Positions 17,738 through 27,965 of a DNA stretch of 64,000 bases are shown piece by piece; the first letter of the stretch is position 1, and every line of letters begins with the position of its first letter. The position numbers and the translations under genes were made by a program. The DNA comes from Granulicella sp. Lineage in GTDB: Bacteria > Acidobacteriota > Terriglobia > Terriglobales > Acidobacteriaceae. The DNA lies in contig OZ255838.1 in assembly GCA_965277565.1 (NCBI GenBank), positions 63,423-127,422 of the forward strand, in the 5' to 3' direction. The notes beneath the pieces are model-generated. The model saw nothing but the letters and a program-made list of their open reading frames with translations. It had not been told where the DNA came from and did not search any database.

Positions 17738-18433
17738 CTACTTGAGGATGGCGTTGTAGCCGTCGGCGAGCAGACGTTGCCGCATGGCTTCTGCCGCGGG
17801 TTTGCTGCTGAAGGGTCCTACCTGCACATGGATGAAGCCGTCGCTGGCACCCGGACGTGCGGTCACAGCGTATCCTCGTGCACGCAATGCGCCCACCAGC
17901 AGCTCCGCGTCTTCGGGATGGGAGACGGCGGCTACCTGCACCATGATGCTGCCGGTGCCGGGTGATGCGCTGCCTGTGCCCGGCAGCAGGGCTGAGGGGG
18001 AGACTGTCTTTACCGTGGGAGAAGATGTGCTTTCCGCGGTGCGACTCGGAGCGGGTGTGCTCGCGGCTGGTGTGTCGGCGTCGGCTTCCACGGGCGGCGG
18101 CTTACGGACGATCGGCGCGGGTTTCGGCTTTTCTACCGGCGCGGGGGCAACGGCGGCGGGAGCCGGCTGCGCGGCGGGCATGTCGTTGAGCGGTGAACCG
18201 GGGGAGGGCTTGGCCGCGCCGCCGGCATCGCTTGCGGCTGTGTCGGACGGAATGTCGTTTAATGCCAGGGGCGTGGGCAGCGATTTGCGGCCCATGTTGT
18301 AGCCCACGCCGAAGCAAACGCCGCACAGCAGCACAAGCCCAAAGAAGATGCCGAGAATCGACCCTGTGCTGAGCGTCAACTCGCGTTCGCCGCGCGAGAG
18401 TACCGGGTCGTCATCGTCGAGATGTTCATTCAT
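17738..18433 (-). CDS. SPOR domain-containing (peptidoglycan-binding) membrane protein
   Basis: N-terminal TM (ILGIFFGLVLLCGVCFGVGY), a Pro/Ala-rich linker, and a C-terminal SPOR domain (IMVQVAAVSHPEDAELLVGALRARGYAVTARPGASDGFIHVQVGPFSSKPAAEAMRQRLLADGY). Confidence 0.8.
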   Translation of the reverse strand: MNEHLDDDDPVLSRGERELTLSTGSILGIFFGLVLLCGVCFGVGYNMGRKSLPTPLALNDIPSDTAASDAGGAAKPSPGSPLNDMPAAQPAPAAVAPAPVEKPKPAPIVRKPPPVEADADTPAASTPAPSRTAESTSSPTVKTVSPSALLPGTGSASPGTGSIMVQVAAVSHPEDAELLVGALRARGYAVTARPGASDGFIHVQVGPFSSKPAAEAMRQRLLADGYNAILK

Positions 18434-18472
18434 GGCAGGGTCACAAGCCTTAAGATTCCGTTCAACGCAAAG

Positions 18473-19156
18473 CTAGAAGCGAAGATAGAAGCCGATCGTC
18501 GGTTCTGAGGTGGAGACGTGCTTGTTGATGGCGAGGTAGTTCTGGCTGAAGTCGGGAGCTGTGTAGAAGAGCTGCCGGAATCCTACACGGACCCCGAAGC
18601 GGTCTTCATAGACGTCTTTCTGCACGCCAAGGCTGTAGTAATACCCCGCGCGCCCCTGCGTGTAGGTCTCCTGTCCGCCGCCCGCCGTGGGTGCAAACCG
18701 TACGCCGCCCACGCCCGCTGAGGCGTAGGGTTTCAAGCCGAAGACGGTGTACGGCGGAATCACGAGATAGCCCAGGGTAAATTCATTCGCCTGGGTCTGA
18801 ATCTGAAACGGCGGGACGTTGTAATTTTCGGTGTAACGCGCGTAGCTGCCGTTGAACTCCGCACCCAGGTAAGGCTTGGGGCTGTAGCGAATCGTCACCA
18901 GCGCACCCACGGTGGTAGAGGCGCTTTGGGAGACCGCGGCTCCCATATCCGTTGCGGGAATCGTGATCGTCCCTGAGGTTGCGCTGGTGAACTGGCCGAT
19001 GGCCTGCACACCGATATCGACGTAGGACAGCTGGCGGTCCAGCTTTGTCTGCGCGGATGCGCCCGCAGCGACGAGAAGAGCGGCGAGGAGAAGAAAAGAC
19101 GAGGTAAGGACTAGCCGGGACAGGCGAATCCTGCGTGTGCAAATCATGCAAATCAT
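18473..19156 (-). CDS. outer-membrane beta-barrel protein (OMP_b-brl/porin-like)
   Basis: Signal peptide (LLLAALLVAAGASAQ), alternating beta-strands and a terminal aromatic residue (IGFYLRF). The start is ambiguous because in-frame ATGs sit in a 9-bp tandem repeat (19147 and 19156). Confidence 0.65.
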   Translation of the reverse strand: MICMICTRRIRLSRLVLTSSFLLLAALLVAAGASAQTKLDRQLSYVDIGVQAIGQFTSATSGTITIPATDMGAAVSQSASTTVGALVTIRYSPKPYLGAEFNGSYARYTENYNVPPFQIQTQANEFTLGYLVIPPYTVFGLKPYASAGVGGVRFAPTAGGGQETYTQGRAGYYYSLGVQKDVYEDRFGVRVGFRQLFYTAPDFSQNYLAINKHVSTSEPTIGFYLRF

Positions 19157-19164
19157 GCAAATCA
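19139..19164. repeat. 9-bp tandem repeat (GCAAATCAT x2.9; ATGATTTGC on the coding strand) at the 5' end of the OMP gene
   Basis: TGCAAATCATGCAAATCATGCAAATCA seen directly. Each unit carries an in-frame ATG (Met-Ile-Cys). Confidence 0.9.
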
Positions 19165-19197
19165 AAGGGAAGCTGACTCCGGGCACAATCTTAGCCT

Positions 19198-19641
19198 CTA
19201 GTCTAATGCTTTCGAGCGCCGCGCGCGGTAGGCGACGCGGGTAAGCACGGCGCTTATGCTCCCCAGCAAACCGCCGCAGAGGACGGCAACCGGGGTTTGC
19301 ACTCCGCTACCGTGGCCGGAGGGGACGAGAAAGCGCAAGGCGCCCATCGTAAGCAACGTTACGAGAACCAGCGACCAGATTGGCAGTGCTCGCCAGAAAT
19401 TGATGAGAAAAACGATGGCGGAGCAAAGCAGCAACGCCGCTGCCCAGGGCTGCACGCCGGTGCGCAACAAGGCGGCTACCGCGAAAAGGACCAGAAGCAG
19501 GCCGGCAGCCCCGGGCAGGATTCTGCCCGGGCGATTGAACTCCACGAAGATCAGACATATGCCCACGGACGCCAGGATGACGGCATGGTCGGGCGTTATC
19601 GACAGGGCAGGTGCGCTTAGAAGGAAAGCCACGTTCGTCAT
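19198..19641 (-). CDS. small polytopic membrane protein, NfeD-like N-terminal membrane region (tentative)
   Basis: Four hydrophobic segments. ILASVGICLIFVEFNRPGRILPGAAGLLLVLFAV resembles the NfeD membrane portion. No OB-fold domain and no adjacent SPFH partner. Confidence 0.35.
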   Translation of the reverse strand: MTNVAFLLSAPALSITPDHAVILASVGICLIFVEFNRPGRILPGAAGLLLVLFAVAALLRTGVQPWAAALLLCSAIVFLINFWRALPIWSLVLVTLLTMGALRFLVPSGHGSGVQTPVAVLCGGLLGSISAVLTRVAYRARRSKALD

Positions 19642-19657
19642 GAGGGGATGGGGAACA

Positions 19658-19724
19658 GCAGGTTCCCTTCGGGAATGACAACAAGGAAAGGCAAAGGCAA
19701 AGCAGATTCCCTTCGGGAATGACA
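19658..19724 (+). repeat. two short-form hairpin repeats (19658..19680, 19702..19724)
   Basis: GCAGGTTCCCTTCGGGAATGACA and GCAGATTCCCTTCGGGAATGACA, separated by an A/G-rich linker (ACAAGGAAAGGCAAAGGCAAA). Confidence 0.9.
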
Positions 19725-19789
19725 GAAAGAAGCAGAGACAGAAAAAGAATTGGAGAATGTTGTACAGATGGAAGCCGCTGGACTCTGGA

Positions 19790-21394
19790 TTAACGAACGG
19801 CCTGGCCTCGGCTCTGCAGCGTCTGCTTCAGAGATTGGGCGGCGCCGTTTGCGGGTTCAAGCGCGAGTGCCTGCGAGACCTCATCGGCGGCTATGCCCAG
19901 CGAGCTTTTTGCGATGTCGAGCCGAGCCAGCACCAGCAGCGCCGCGGCGTTGGGATGCAGGCGCAACGAGGTCATCGCCTCGTTGTGAGCCTCGGTGGCG
20001 TTGCCACTCTGCTCCCGTACCTGCGCCATGCCGGCGTGGGCGGCGGCGCTGTTGGGATCCGCCGCAAGCGCGGACTGAAAGCGGGCTTCGGCTTCAGGCA
20101 GCAGCCCCTGCGCGAGTTCGTCGCGACCGAGATTGCTGTACTCCGCCGCGCGTCCCTGCGGCGACAGCGTGGCCAGGCGCGCGGTGCGGATCTGCTCGAG
20201 CTGGAAGGCGGCCTGCCGGTAGCTGGTCTCCGAGTAGTTGCGGCGAATGCGCTCCACAGGGCTGAAGCCGGCGGTGGTGTCCGGCGACAGCCGGGTTCCG
20301 GGGGCTGCCGCGCGGAGCTGTGCCCTGAGCTGCAGGACCTCGTTGTCGTTGGGCTTCAGCTTCAGTGCAGCCTCCGCCTCGCGGGTGGCGCCGGCGGTAT
20401 CGCCGCGCCGAAACAGGGCGATCGCGAGATTGTAGCGGTAGTCCGCGTCGGAGGGATCGGCGTTGGAGGCGCGCTGAAACAGCGCCACGGCATCCTTGTT
20501 CTGCCGGCTCTGGGTGACGGCCTGGTTATTCAACACCTCGGGCAGGGGCAGGTGTTGTGCAACAAAGGCGAAGGCCGTTTCCGCCGCGGCGTAGTTTGCC
20601 GAGTTGAAGCGCGAAAGCCCGAGATAGAAGTTGGCTTCGAGCGCGAGCGGGCTGGCCGGAGGCACCTTGCTGAGGGTGGCGGCCGCGGCGTCGAAGTCGC
20701 GCGCCTTGTACTGCTCCTTGCCGAGCGCCAGCAGGGCTGAGTTGTAGTCCGGGCTGAAGGTGACGGCCTCCTTCAAGCGCTGCAGCCGTTCGGCGGGAAC
20801 CGATGCGGTCGTACCCCGGATGTAATCCTCAAAGGCGGGAAGCGGAACCGCACCCGAAGTCGCCAAAAAGGTGTTTTCGGCTACGGAAAACTTCGGGTCT
20901 ATGGCGCGTGCGACCTTCCAGGCAATCGCGTTTTCGGCGTCGAAGAGCTTGCCTAGATCGGCTCCATCCCCAACCGGCCCCGAGAGGCGGAGTTGATCGA
21001 CGGAGAGCACCTGCGCCTGTACGTTGATGCGATTGCCGGCGACAGTGAAGCTGCCCACGATGACGTAGTTGGCGTCGAGCTGTTGCGCGATGCGGATGGA
21101 GGTCGCGCGGGAAGGCTTGAACCCTTCCGGAAGGCCAAGGTGCTCGTAGGCAAAGGCTCGATCATCGCGCGAGATGGTCAGGAAATCGGCGGAGTTGAGA
21201 CGGCGGTCGAGCGTGTCCGGAAAGGAATCGCCAATCCAGTTGAGAGAGGGGTTTCCGGAGCGATTTTCAAAGGGCAGCACCAGCACAACCCGACCGCCGG
21301 CGGCCGGAGGGTCCTGCGCGGTTTGAGCGTGAGCGGAAGGGAAGAGTCCCGCAAAAAGGAGGAAAGCTGCGGAGAGCTTCGCGAACAACCGCAT
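19790..21394 (-). CDS. secreted TolB-N-like domain + tetratricopeptide repeat protein
   Basis: Signal peptide (LLFAGLFPSAHAQ). TolB-amino-terminal-like module (VVLVLPFENRSGNPSLNWIGDSFPDTL...ANYVIVGSF...INVQAQVL), then multiple TPR units (ALGKEQYKARDFDAAAATL, YLGLSRFNSANYAAAETAF and others). Confidence 0.75.
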   Translation of the reverse strand: MRLFAKLSAAFLLFAGLFPSAHAQTAQDPPAAGGRVVLVLPFENRSGNPSLNWIGDSFPDTLDRRLNSADFLTISRDDRAFAYEHLGLPEGFKPSRATSIRIAQQLDANYVIVGSFTVAGNRINVQAQVLSVDQLRLSGPVGDGADLGKLFDAENAIAWKVARAIDPKFSVAENTFLATSGAVPLPAFEDYIRGTTASVPAERLQRLKEAVTFSPDYNSALLALGKEQYKARDFDAAAATLSKVPPASPLALEANFYLGLSRFNSANYAAAETAFAFVAQHLPLPEVLNNQAVTQSRQNKDAVALFQRASNADPSDADYRYNLAIALFRRGDTAGATREAEAALKLKPNDNEVLQLRAQLRAAAPGTRLSPDTTAGFSPVERIRRNYSETSYRQAAFQLEQIRTARLATLSPQGRAAEYSNLGRDELAQGLLPEAEARFQSALAADPNSAAAHAGMAQVREQSGNATEAHNEAMTSLRLHPNAAALLVLARLDIAKSSLGIAADEVSQALALEPANGAAQSLKQTLQSRGQAVR

Positions 21395-21438
21395 GTGCCG
21401 ATTATAGGCGTGTACGCACTCGGTCGCGACGGGGGAAG

Positions 21439-21957
21439 CTAATCGAGAGCCGCAAAGGCCTCGGTAAGATCGAGTCTGATCTCGGTGTCGGGCACAGCGA
21501 GGCGGGTGCTATCCGCATGGTGCAGACCGGCGTTGTCGAAGGTGTGCGCGGAACGGCGAATCGGGTCGATGAGCCAGATGTTCGGTACACCCATGGCGAG
21601 ATAGTCGGCGAGAACACGCTGTACTCGGGACAGCCGATCCTTGCGGGAAAGAACTTCCACACAGATCAGAGGCGGTGTCTGCGTCACTCTTTCCCTTGGA
21701 GCATTGGCACGCAGAAGAGCGAGATCGCAGATGCGCACACGGTTTGCGCTGACGCGGATACGTTGCTCCACGACCCCTTGAATCCCCCAGAGCTTCTCCT
21801 TGCCTACGAAGAAACTGGCTATCAATGTTTGCAGCCTTGCGTGATCGAACTCGCCCAAGTTTCGCTTCTCAATTTCCCCGTCTACGAAGTCCACATCGGG
21901 TTTATAGCTGGTATGCAGGTACTCGTCTATCGAAAGCAGGGTGGATGTGGTCGCCAT
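21439..21957 (-). CDS. Uma2-family (DUF820) endonuclease
   Basis: Typical pattern: EYLHTSYKPDVDFVDGEIEKRN...PPLICVEVLSRKD...DYLAMGVPNIWLIDP (PD-(D/E)xK-like core EV.S). Confidence 0.75.
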   Translation of the reverse strand: MATTSTLLSIDEYLHTSYKPDVDFVDGEIEKRNLGEFDHARLQTLIASFFVGKEKLWGIQGVVEQRIRVSANRVRICDLALLRANAPRERVTQTPPLICVEVLSRKDRLSRVQRVLADYLAMGVPNIWLIDPIRRSAHTFDNAGLHHADSTRLAVPDTEIRLDLTEAFAALD

Positions 21958-22002
21958 GGTCGCCTCGCTTGCAATCAGTATGCGCTGAGCGATGTTTCTG
22001 GG

Positions 22003-23283
22003 CTACTTTTTCCCAAAAACATCGCCCATGCGGCGGATCTGTGCGCCGACGCCGCGCAGCTTCTCTTCAATGTGTTCATAGCCGCGGTCGATGTGGTACA
22101 CGCGGTCGAGAATGCTTTCGCCATCGGCTACCAGCGCGGCGAGCACAAGGGCGGCCGAGGCGCGGAGATCCGAACACATTACCGCGGCGGATTGCAGCTT
22201 TGTGCCGCCGCGGACCGTCGCCGTGCGGCCGTTCACGGCGATGTGCGCGCCCATGCGGTTGAGCTCGCCCACGTGCATGAAGCGGTTTTCGAAGATGTTT
22301 TCCGTGATAGTGGAGACGCCTTCGGCCTGCGTCATCAGGGCCATCAGCTGGGCCTGCATGTCGGTAGGGAAGCCGGGGTACTCTTCCGTGCTCATGTCGG
22401 CGGCGAGCAGCTTGCCCCCGGAGTGGACGCGGACGTTGTCGGTGCCAACCTCCAGCCGCACCCCGCACTGCTCCAGCTTGCTCAACAGCGCACTCAAGTG
22501 ATGGGGGTTGCAGCAATCGACGTTGAGATCGCCGCCGGTGATCGCGCCCGCGATGAGGAAGGTGCCCGCCTCGATACGGTCGGGGTTGATGCGATGCCGG
22601 GCGCCGCTCAACTTGCCCACGCCCTGCACCCGAATGGTGGAGGTGCCTGCGCCTTCGATCTTCGCGCCCATGGCGTTCAGCAGGGCGGCGAGATCGGTCA
22701 CCTCCGGCTCGCGGGCACAGTTCTCGAAGAGGGTTTCGCCTTCGGCGAGTGTGGCCGCCATGAGCAGGTCTTCGGTGCCGGTGACGGTGATCTTGTCGAA
22801 GACGATGTGCGCACCCCTGAGGCGGTCCGTGCGCGCCTCAAGATAGCCGTGTTCCTGCGTGATAGTGGCGCCCATGGCTTCGAGGCCCTTGATGTGCAAA
22901 TCGATGGGGCGGCCCCCGATGGCGCAGCCGCCGGGCATGGCCACGCGGGCGATGCCGGTGCGCGCGATGAGCGGCCCCAGCACCAGCGAGCTGGCGCGCA
23001 TGGTCTTGACGATCTCGTACTTGGCCACGGGGTCGGACAGCACGGCGCACTGGATGGAGGTGCGATGCTGCGCGCGGCCGTAGCCGAGTTCGACCTCGGC
23101 GCCCATCGACTCCAGCAGACGGCGCTCGGTCTCGATGTCGCGGACCTGCGGAATGTTTTCTAAAACGACCTCGCCGTCGGTGAGGATGGCCGCCGCCATG
23201 CAGGGAAGCGCGGAGTTTTTTGCGCCGGAGACCTTCACCGTGCCCAGCAGGGGGTTGCCGCCGCGCACCACAAACTTATCCAT
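22003..23283 (-). CDS. murA: UDP-N-acetylglucosamine 1-carboxyvinyltransferase
   Basis: [27 protein letters not shown]..., active-site loop [13 protein letters not shown]. Full length, 426 aa. Confidence 0.95.
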   Translation of the reverse strand: MDKFVVRGGNPLLGTVKVSGAKNSALPCMAAAILTDGEVVLENIPQVRDIETERRLLESMGAEVELGYGRAQHRTSIQCAVLSDPVAKYEIVKTMRASSLVLGPLIARTGIARVAMPGGCAIGGRPIDLHIKGLEAMGATITQEHGYLEARTDRLRGAHIVFDKITVTGTEDLLMAATLAEGETLFENCAREPEVTDLAALLNAMGAKIEGAGTSTIRVQGVGKLSGARHRINPDRIEAGTFLIAGAITGGDLNVDCCNPHHLSALLSKLEQCGVRLEVGTDNVRVHSGGKLLAADMSTEEYPGFPTDMQAQLMALMTQAEGVSTITENIFENRFMHVGELNRMGAHIAVNGRTATVRGGTKLQSAAVMCSDLRASAALVLAALVADGESILDRVYHIDRGYEHIEEKLRGVGAQIRRMGDVFGKK

Positions 23284-23358
23284 CCAACCATTGTACGAAA
23301 GGGTGGAGAAGAACGTGGGTACCGAGCTAGGTGCTCGCCCGGCTGCCGGGTGGTATTG

Positions 23359-23394
23359 CCAAAAGAAGGGGCCGGAACAGGGGAGCTCCGGCCC
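23359..23394 (-). terminator. rho-independent terminator after the LTXXQ-protein gene, upstream of murA
   Basis: On the minus strand GGGCCGGA-(10-nt loop)-TCCGGCCC followed by CTTCTTTTGG. Confidence 0.6.
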
Positions 23395-23417
23395 GGTGAT
23401 TGCCTGATGAGGATGGT

Positions 23418-23846
23418 CTACGCTGACGGAGCCTGCGGTGCGGCGGCGTCCTGGCCATGATGTCCATGATGCATGGCCTTCATCTGCGTGATCTGGTCCG
23501 GCGTCAGCACGCCGCCGAGCTGCTGCTCTGTCTGCTGCTGAATGGTCTGCATCTGCTGGTGGCGATCCTGTGGAGACAACTGCGCGTTCTGCCGAAGGGC
23601 TTGCATCTGCTGATCGCGGGTGGCGAGGATCGGCTCGAGTTTGGCCGTCTGGTCCGGGGTCAGGTTCAGTTTTTTGCTGAGCCGGCGGGCTTCCTTCTGC
23701 GGGTTGGGCGCGCGGTGATGGGCACCCTGCTCTGCGGGAGCAGACTGCTGCGGTGTGGCTTGCGGATTGTCCGGTGTCTGCTGCGCGAAGGCGGCGCCAA
23801 AGCTGAGGGAAAGGGCGAGGGAGGATGTAACGAGAAGGTGCTTCAT
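23418..23846 (-). CDS. periplasmic LTXXQ-motif protein (Spy/CpxP-like)
   Basis: The internal ATG at 23846 gives a signal peptide (MKHLLVTSSLALSLSFGAAFAQ). Two LTPDQ motifs (LNLTPDQTAKLEPI, VLTPDQITQMKAM), Gln-rich helices and a His-rich tail. Confidence 0.65.
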   Translation of the reverse strand: MKHLLVTSSLALSLSFGAAFAQQTPDNPQATPQQSAPAEQGAHHRAPNPQKEARRLSKKLNLTPDQTAKLEPILATRDQQMQALRQNAQLSPQDRHQQMQTIQQQTEQQLGGVLTPDQITQMKAMHHGHHGQDAAAPQAPSA

Positions 23847-23982
23847 GTGCGGCTCCGTGTTTGGGGAGGGGTTCCTGGGAAGCGATTCCTGGGGAGGTCT
23901 GCGGCGTTCATGATTGCAGCCTGTCTTATAGGACACAGGCTGTCCCCAAGATGTTGCGCGCCCCCTTGTGAAACGCGGGGGT

Positions 23983-24948
23983 TTAAAGCTCCAGGCGGGA
24001 GTCCTCAATCGCGAGCCGTACATTGCCTTCGGATTTCTGCAGCCGGCGCACGGCCTCCATCTTGTCCACCTGCGCCTTCAGCATGACCACCGCGATGGGG
24101 ATGCTCTTGCCGGCGGACTTGATGGTGCGGATGGCCGTTTCGCGGTCGATCTCGCAGACCTTCATCAGCACCCGGATGCCGCGCTCGACCAGCTTGGCAT
24201 TCTTCATGTGCACGTTCACCATCAGGTTGTCGTACACATAGCCGAGCCGGGTCATGGCGCCGGTGGTGATGGTGTTCAGAATCATCTTCTGCGCGCTGGA
24301 GGCCTTCATGCGCGTTGAGCCGGAGATGACCTCGGGGCCGACCTCGGCGCAGACCGTGATGTCCGCGACCTGCGCCAGATCGGAGTTGGGATTGCAGGTG
24401 ATGGCGGCGGTTTTGGCGCCGCGGGCCCGCGCATATTCGACCGCACCGACGACATACGGGGTGCGCCCGGAGGCGGAGACCCCGATGATGACGTCCTTGC
24501 GGGTGGGGCGGCGCTTGGCCACGTCACGCTGCCCGATCTCGGGGGAGTCCTCGTTTACGTCCGAGGCGCTGGCCAGGGCCTTGGGACCGCCGGCCATCAA
24601 GTACTGCACCTGCTGCGGGTCGGTGGAGAAGGTGGCAGGGCACTCCGAGGAATCCAGTGCGGCAATGCGCCCCGAGGAACCGGCGCCGACGTAGATCAGC
24701 CGCCCGCCGTCGCGCAGCGAACGCGCCACCATGTCGATGACCAGAGCAATCTCCGGGAGCGCCTTCTTCACGGCCCCGGCAATCTTGATGTCGTCCTGAT
24801 TGATGATGCGCGCGATGTCGAGGGCAGACTTTGTATCCAGCCCGGCCGACGCGTCGTTCAGCCTTTCCGTAGTGAGGCTCTGCAGGTCGGCTGAACGTGC
24901 AGAAGACTTTTCGAAGCCGGAGGGGGGTGCTTGGGTCAGAGTCGCCAT
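23983..24948 (-). CDS. murQ: N-acetylmuramic acid 6-phosphate etherase
   Basis: SIS-domain signature GRLIYVGAGSSGRIAALDSSECPATF and the C-terminal MurQ pattern STRMKASSAQKMILN. Confidence 0.9.
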   Translation of the reverse strand: MATLTQAPPSGFEKSSARSADLQSLTTERLNDASAGLDTKSALDIARIINQDDIKIAGAVKKALPEIALVIDMVARSLRDGGRLIYVGAGSSGRIAALDSSECPATFSTDPQQVQYLMAGGPKALASASDVNEDSPEIGQRDVAKRRPTRKDVIIGVSASGRTPYVVGAVEYARARGAKTAAITCNPNSDLAQVADITVCAEVGPEVISGSTRMKASSAQKMILNTITTGAMTRLGYVYDNLMVNVHMKNAKLVERGIRVLMKVCEIDRETAIRTIKSAGKSIPIAVVMLKAQVDKMEAVRRLQKSEGNVRLAIEDSRLEL

Positions 24949-25082
24949 AGAATACCGTAGGTTCTAGTTTACCGTAAGCCCGTTTCGCCAGAATGACGCA
25001 AACTGCCCAAGGGTACCCTATTCGGGGGATCAGCGTCTAAACTTTTCATGGGGAGTGTCTTCTCCTCCCGGTCTCCTCTCTT

Positions 25083-25664
25083 TTGCACAACATTCGGAAC
25101 GAAGAAAATCTGGATCCTAACGCTCGACGCCCACCCTCCGGGGGCGGCGGGCTGGGCGGCGGCCTGCGCGGCTGGTCGCGCGATCTCGTCGTCTCCCTGC
25201 TTGTATCGCTGTTCATCATCCTGTTTCTCTATCAACCGGTGCGGGTGGAGGGGACGAGCATGCTCCCCCGGCTGGAGGATCAGGACCGCCTGTTCATCAA
25301 TAAGTTCGCCTATCGCTTCGAAGCGATCCATCATGGCGATGTGGTCGTCTTCTACTACCCGCACGACCACTCCAAGAGCTATATCAAGCGGGTGATTGCT
25401 TTGCCGGGTGACCGGCTCTCGATCGATCACGGTTCCGTAGCCGTCAACGGAAGGGTACTCAGCGAGCCCTATGTCCCCGAAAAATATGAGGACGATCGCT
25501 CCCTGCCCGAACGTGTGATTCCGTGGGGGGAGTTCTTCGTGATGGGGGATCATCGCTCCATCTCAAGCGATAGCCGCGACTTCGGCCCCGTGCCGCGCGA
25601 CCTCATTTATGGGCGGGCCGCGCTGGTGTACTGGCCGCTGGACCAGGCGGGGGTTGTGCGCTAG
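25083..25664 (+). CDS. lepB: signal peptidase I
   Basis: TM segment then GTSMLP (catalytic Ser), YIKRVIALPGD (catalytic Lys), FVMGDHRSISSDSR. TTG start at 25083. Confidence 0.9.
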   Translation: MHNIRNEENLDPNARRPPSGGGGLGGGLRGWSRDLVVSLLVSLFIILFLYQPVRVEGTSMLPRLEDQDRLFINKFAYRFEAIHHGDVVVFYYPHDHSKSYIKRVIALPGDRLSIDHGSVAVNGRVLSEPYVPEKYEDDRSLPERVIPWGEFFVMGDHRSISSDSRDFGPVPRDLIYGRAALVYWPLDQAGVVR

Positions 25665-25712
25665 AACGGTTGGCGAGTTGGTTGGATGGTCGATGCTGCT
25701 ACAGCCGCTTCG

Positions 25713-26501
25713 CTACTTCATGTTTGGCGCGTTCATGTTTGGCGTGGCCGCGTTGTAATGCACGATCCCGGCGAAGGTCGTCGGCACCAGGCTGGCGCCG
25801 CCCACCAGAACGCCGTCGATCTCCTCCTGCGCCATCAGTGCCGCGATGTTCTCCGGCTTCACTGAACCGCCGTACAGGATGCGTGTGTTTTGCGCCGTGG
25901 CCTCGCCGCAGCAGTGCGCCAGCTCCGTGCGGATCTGGTGGTGAGCCGAGGCGGCGACCTCCGGCGAGGCCGTGGAGCCGGTGCCGATCGCCCAGATGGG
26001 CTCGTACGCCACCACCAGCCGCCGGGCCTCGCTGGGCGAGATGTTGCGCAGCGCGGCGCGGATCTGCTCCCGCAGAACCTCTTCGGTCTTCTCGTCTTCG
26101 CGTTCCGCCAGCAGCTCGCCGACACACACGATCGGCGTGATGCCGTGGTTGATGGCGGCCTTCAGCTTCAGGTTCACGCGCTCATAGCTCTCGTTGAAGT
26201 AAAGCCGCTGCTCGGAGTGGCCGAGCATGACGTGGCGGCAGCCGATGGACACGAGCATCGTCGGCGAGGTCTGCCCGGTATAGGGGCCTTCGTTGAGCCA
26301 GTGCATGTTCTGCGCGCCGGCACGGACGTTGCTGCCCTGCGTGGCGTCGACCACAAAGGCAAGCGAACTCATCGTCGGCAGGATGACGATCTCGTCGCGC
26401 TCGTGACCCTCGACGAGCGGAAAAAAGGCGTCGAGAAAGGCCAGCGACTCGCGCGGCGTCTTGTACATCTTCCAGTTGCCGGCGATCATCGGCTTGCGCA
26501 T
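25713..26501 (-). CDS. tpiA: triosephosphate isomerase
   Basis: The internal ATG at 26501 gives [26 protein letters not shown] active-site motif. Confidence 0.95.
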   Translation of the reverse strand: MRKPMIAGNWKMYKTPRESLAFLDAFFPLVEGHERDEIVILPTMSSLAFVVDATQGSNVRAGAQNMHWLNEGPYTGQTSPTMLVSIGCRHVMLGHSEQRLYFNESYERVNLKLKAAINHGITPIVCVGELLAEREDEKTEEVLREQIRAALRNISPSEARRLVVAYEPIWAIGTGSTASPEVAASAHHQIRTELAHCCGEATAQNTRILYGGSVKPENIAALMAQEEIDGVLVGGASLVPTTFAGIVHYNAATPNMNAPNMK

Positions 26502-26606
26502 AGGTGGTCGGCTCCGGGGTAAGAGAGGAATTGTTGCGGCAGTCAGAGGAATGTACGGGGCCGCGCGCGACTCTGGCAAGAGCCTTATGCACAAAATCGT
26601 CAGACT

Positions 26607-27836
26607 TCAGCGCGGCTGCTTATCGGAAAGGGCTTCGACGCCCGGCAACGCCTTGCCTTCGAGGAACTCGAGGCTGGCGCCGCCGCCGGTGGAGATGTGC
26701 GTTACCCTGTCGGCATAGCCGGAGCTCTGGATGGCCGCGACAGAATCGCCACCGCCCACGACCGTGATCGCGTTTTCATTGGCCGCCAGCGCCTTCGCGA
26801 TCGCATTGGTTCCATGCGCGAAGGGGGCGAGTTCGGCGACGCCCATGGGACCGTTCCAGATGATCGTGGCCGCATTCGCGATCTCGCCGGCGAAGAGCTT
26901 TTCGGTCTCCGGGCCGATGTCGAGCGCCATCATCTTCGCCGGAAAGGGACCATTACCGGAGAAGATCTCCGTCGCCGCGTCGGCTGCGAACTTGTCGGCC
27001 AGTACGTGATCCACCGGCAGCAGAAAACGGACGCCGCGATCGGCGGCCTTGTCCAAGGCTGCTTTGGCGACGCCGATCTTCTCGGCTTCGACGAGCGATT
27101 TGCCCGTGGTCTGGCCCTTCGCGTTGAGAAACGTGTAGGCCATCGCGCCGCCGATCAGCAGGGCATCGACCTTTTCCAGCAGCGCATTGATGACTTCGAT
27201 CTTGTCCGAGACCTTGGCGCCGCCGATGATGGCCACAAACGGACGCGCGGGCTCGGTGACCGCCTTTCCGAGATAGTCCAGCTCCTTCTGCATGAGCAGG
27301 CCCGCTGCCGCCTGGCCGCCGCGTTCACGCACTAGGCGCGCGATGCCCTCGGTGGAGGCGTGGGCGCGGTGTGCGGCGCCAAAGGCATCGTTCACGTACA
27401 CGTCACAAAGATCCGCGAGCTGCTCCGCGAAGTGCTGATCGTTTTCCTCCTCTTCCGGATGAAAGCGAAGGTTCTCCAGCAGCAGGGTCTGCCCGGATTC
27501 GAGATTGTTCGCCAGTTCCTCAGCGATCTCGCCGACGCAATCGGGTGCGAATGCGACATTTTCCTGCGGCCCGAGCACGTGGTCGAGCAGTTCGCGCAGG
27601 CGGGTCACCACTGGCCGCAGGCTCAGCGACTCGACAGGCTTGCCCTTAGGACGACCGAGGTGGGCGGCCAGGATCACCTTCGCCTTATGCCGTAAGGCGT
27701 ACTCGATGGTGGGGATCGTCTCGCGCAGGCGCGTGTCGTCGGTGATCGCGCCATCCTGCAGCGGGACATTGAAGTCCACACGGATGAAGACGCGCTTATG
27801 CTCGAGGTCGAGGTCGCGGATCGAAAGCTTGGTCAT
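26607..27836 (-). CDS. pgk: phosphoglycerate kinase
   Basis: [46 protein letters not shown]. Confidence 0.95.
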   Translation of the reverse strand: MTKLSIRDLDLEHKRVFIRVDFNVPLQDGAITDDTRLRETIPTIEYALRHKAKVILAAHLGRPKGKPVESLSLRPVVTRLRELLDHVLGPQENVAFAPDCVGEIAEELANNLESGQTLLLENLRFHPEEEENDQHFAEQLADLCDVYVNDAFGAAHRAHASTEGIARLVRERGGQAAAGLLMQKELDYLGKAVTEPARPFVAIIGGAKVSDKIEVINALLEKVDALLIGGAMAYTFLNAKGQTTGKSLVEAEKIGVAKAALDKAADRGVRFLLPVDHVLADKFAADAATEIFSGNGPFPAKMMALDIGPETEKLFAGEIANAATIIWNGPMGVAELAPFAHGTNAIAKALAANENAITVVGGGDSVAAIQSSGYADRVTHISTGGGASLEFLEGKALPGVEALSDKQPR

Positions 27837-27965
27837 CGGCTACGAGCATATCGCAGCGTTGTGTTCAATAGCGGAATTCTATTCGGAGGCCGAAACGTAG
27901 AGGCCCCGTTGAACTCGCACCAGAGCACGAGCGCAACGGGGCCTTCAGGAATCAGCTGTGGGAGG

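Noticed and set aside
21517-23163. 548-aa + strand ORF across the Uma2 and murA region
   Set aside because: It is antisense to two genes with unambiguous homology (Uma2, MurA), so it is a shadow ORF.
27900-27945. Hairpin AGGCCCCGTTG...CAACGGGGCCT downstream of the PEP-CTERM gene as an intrinsic terminator
   Set aside because: It has an 11-bp stem but a ~24-nt loop and no T-run on the minus strand. It is plausible as a structure but insufficient to call a terminator.
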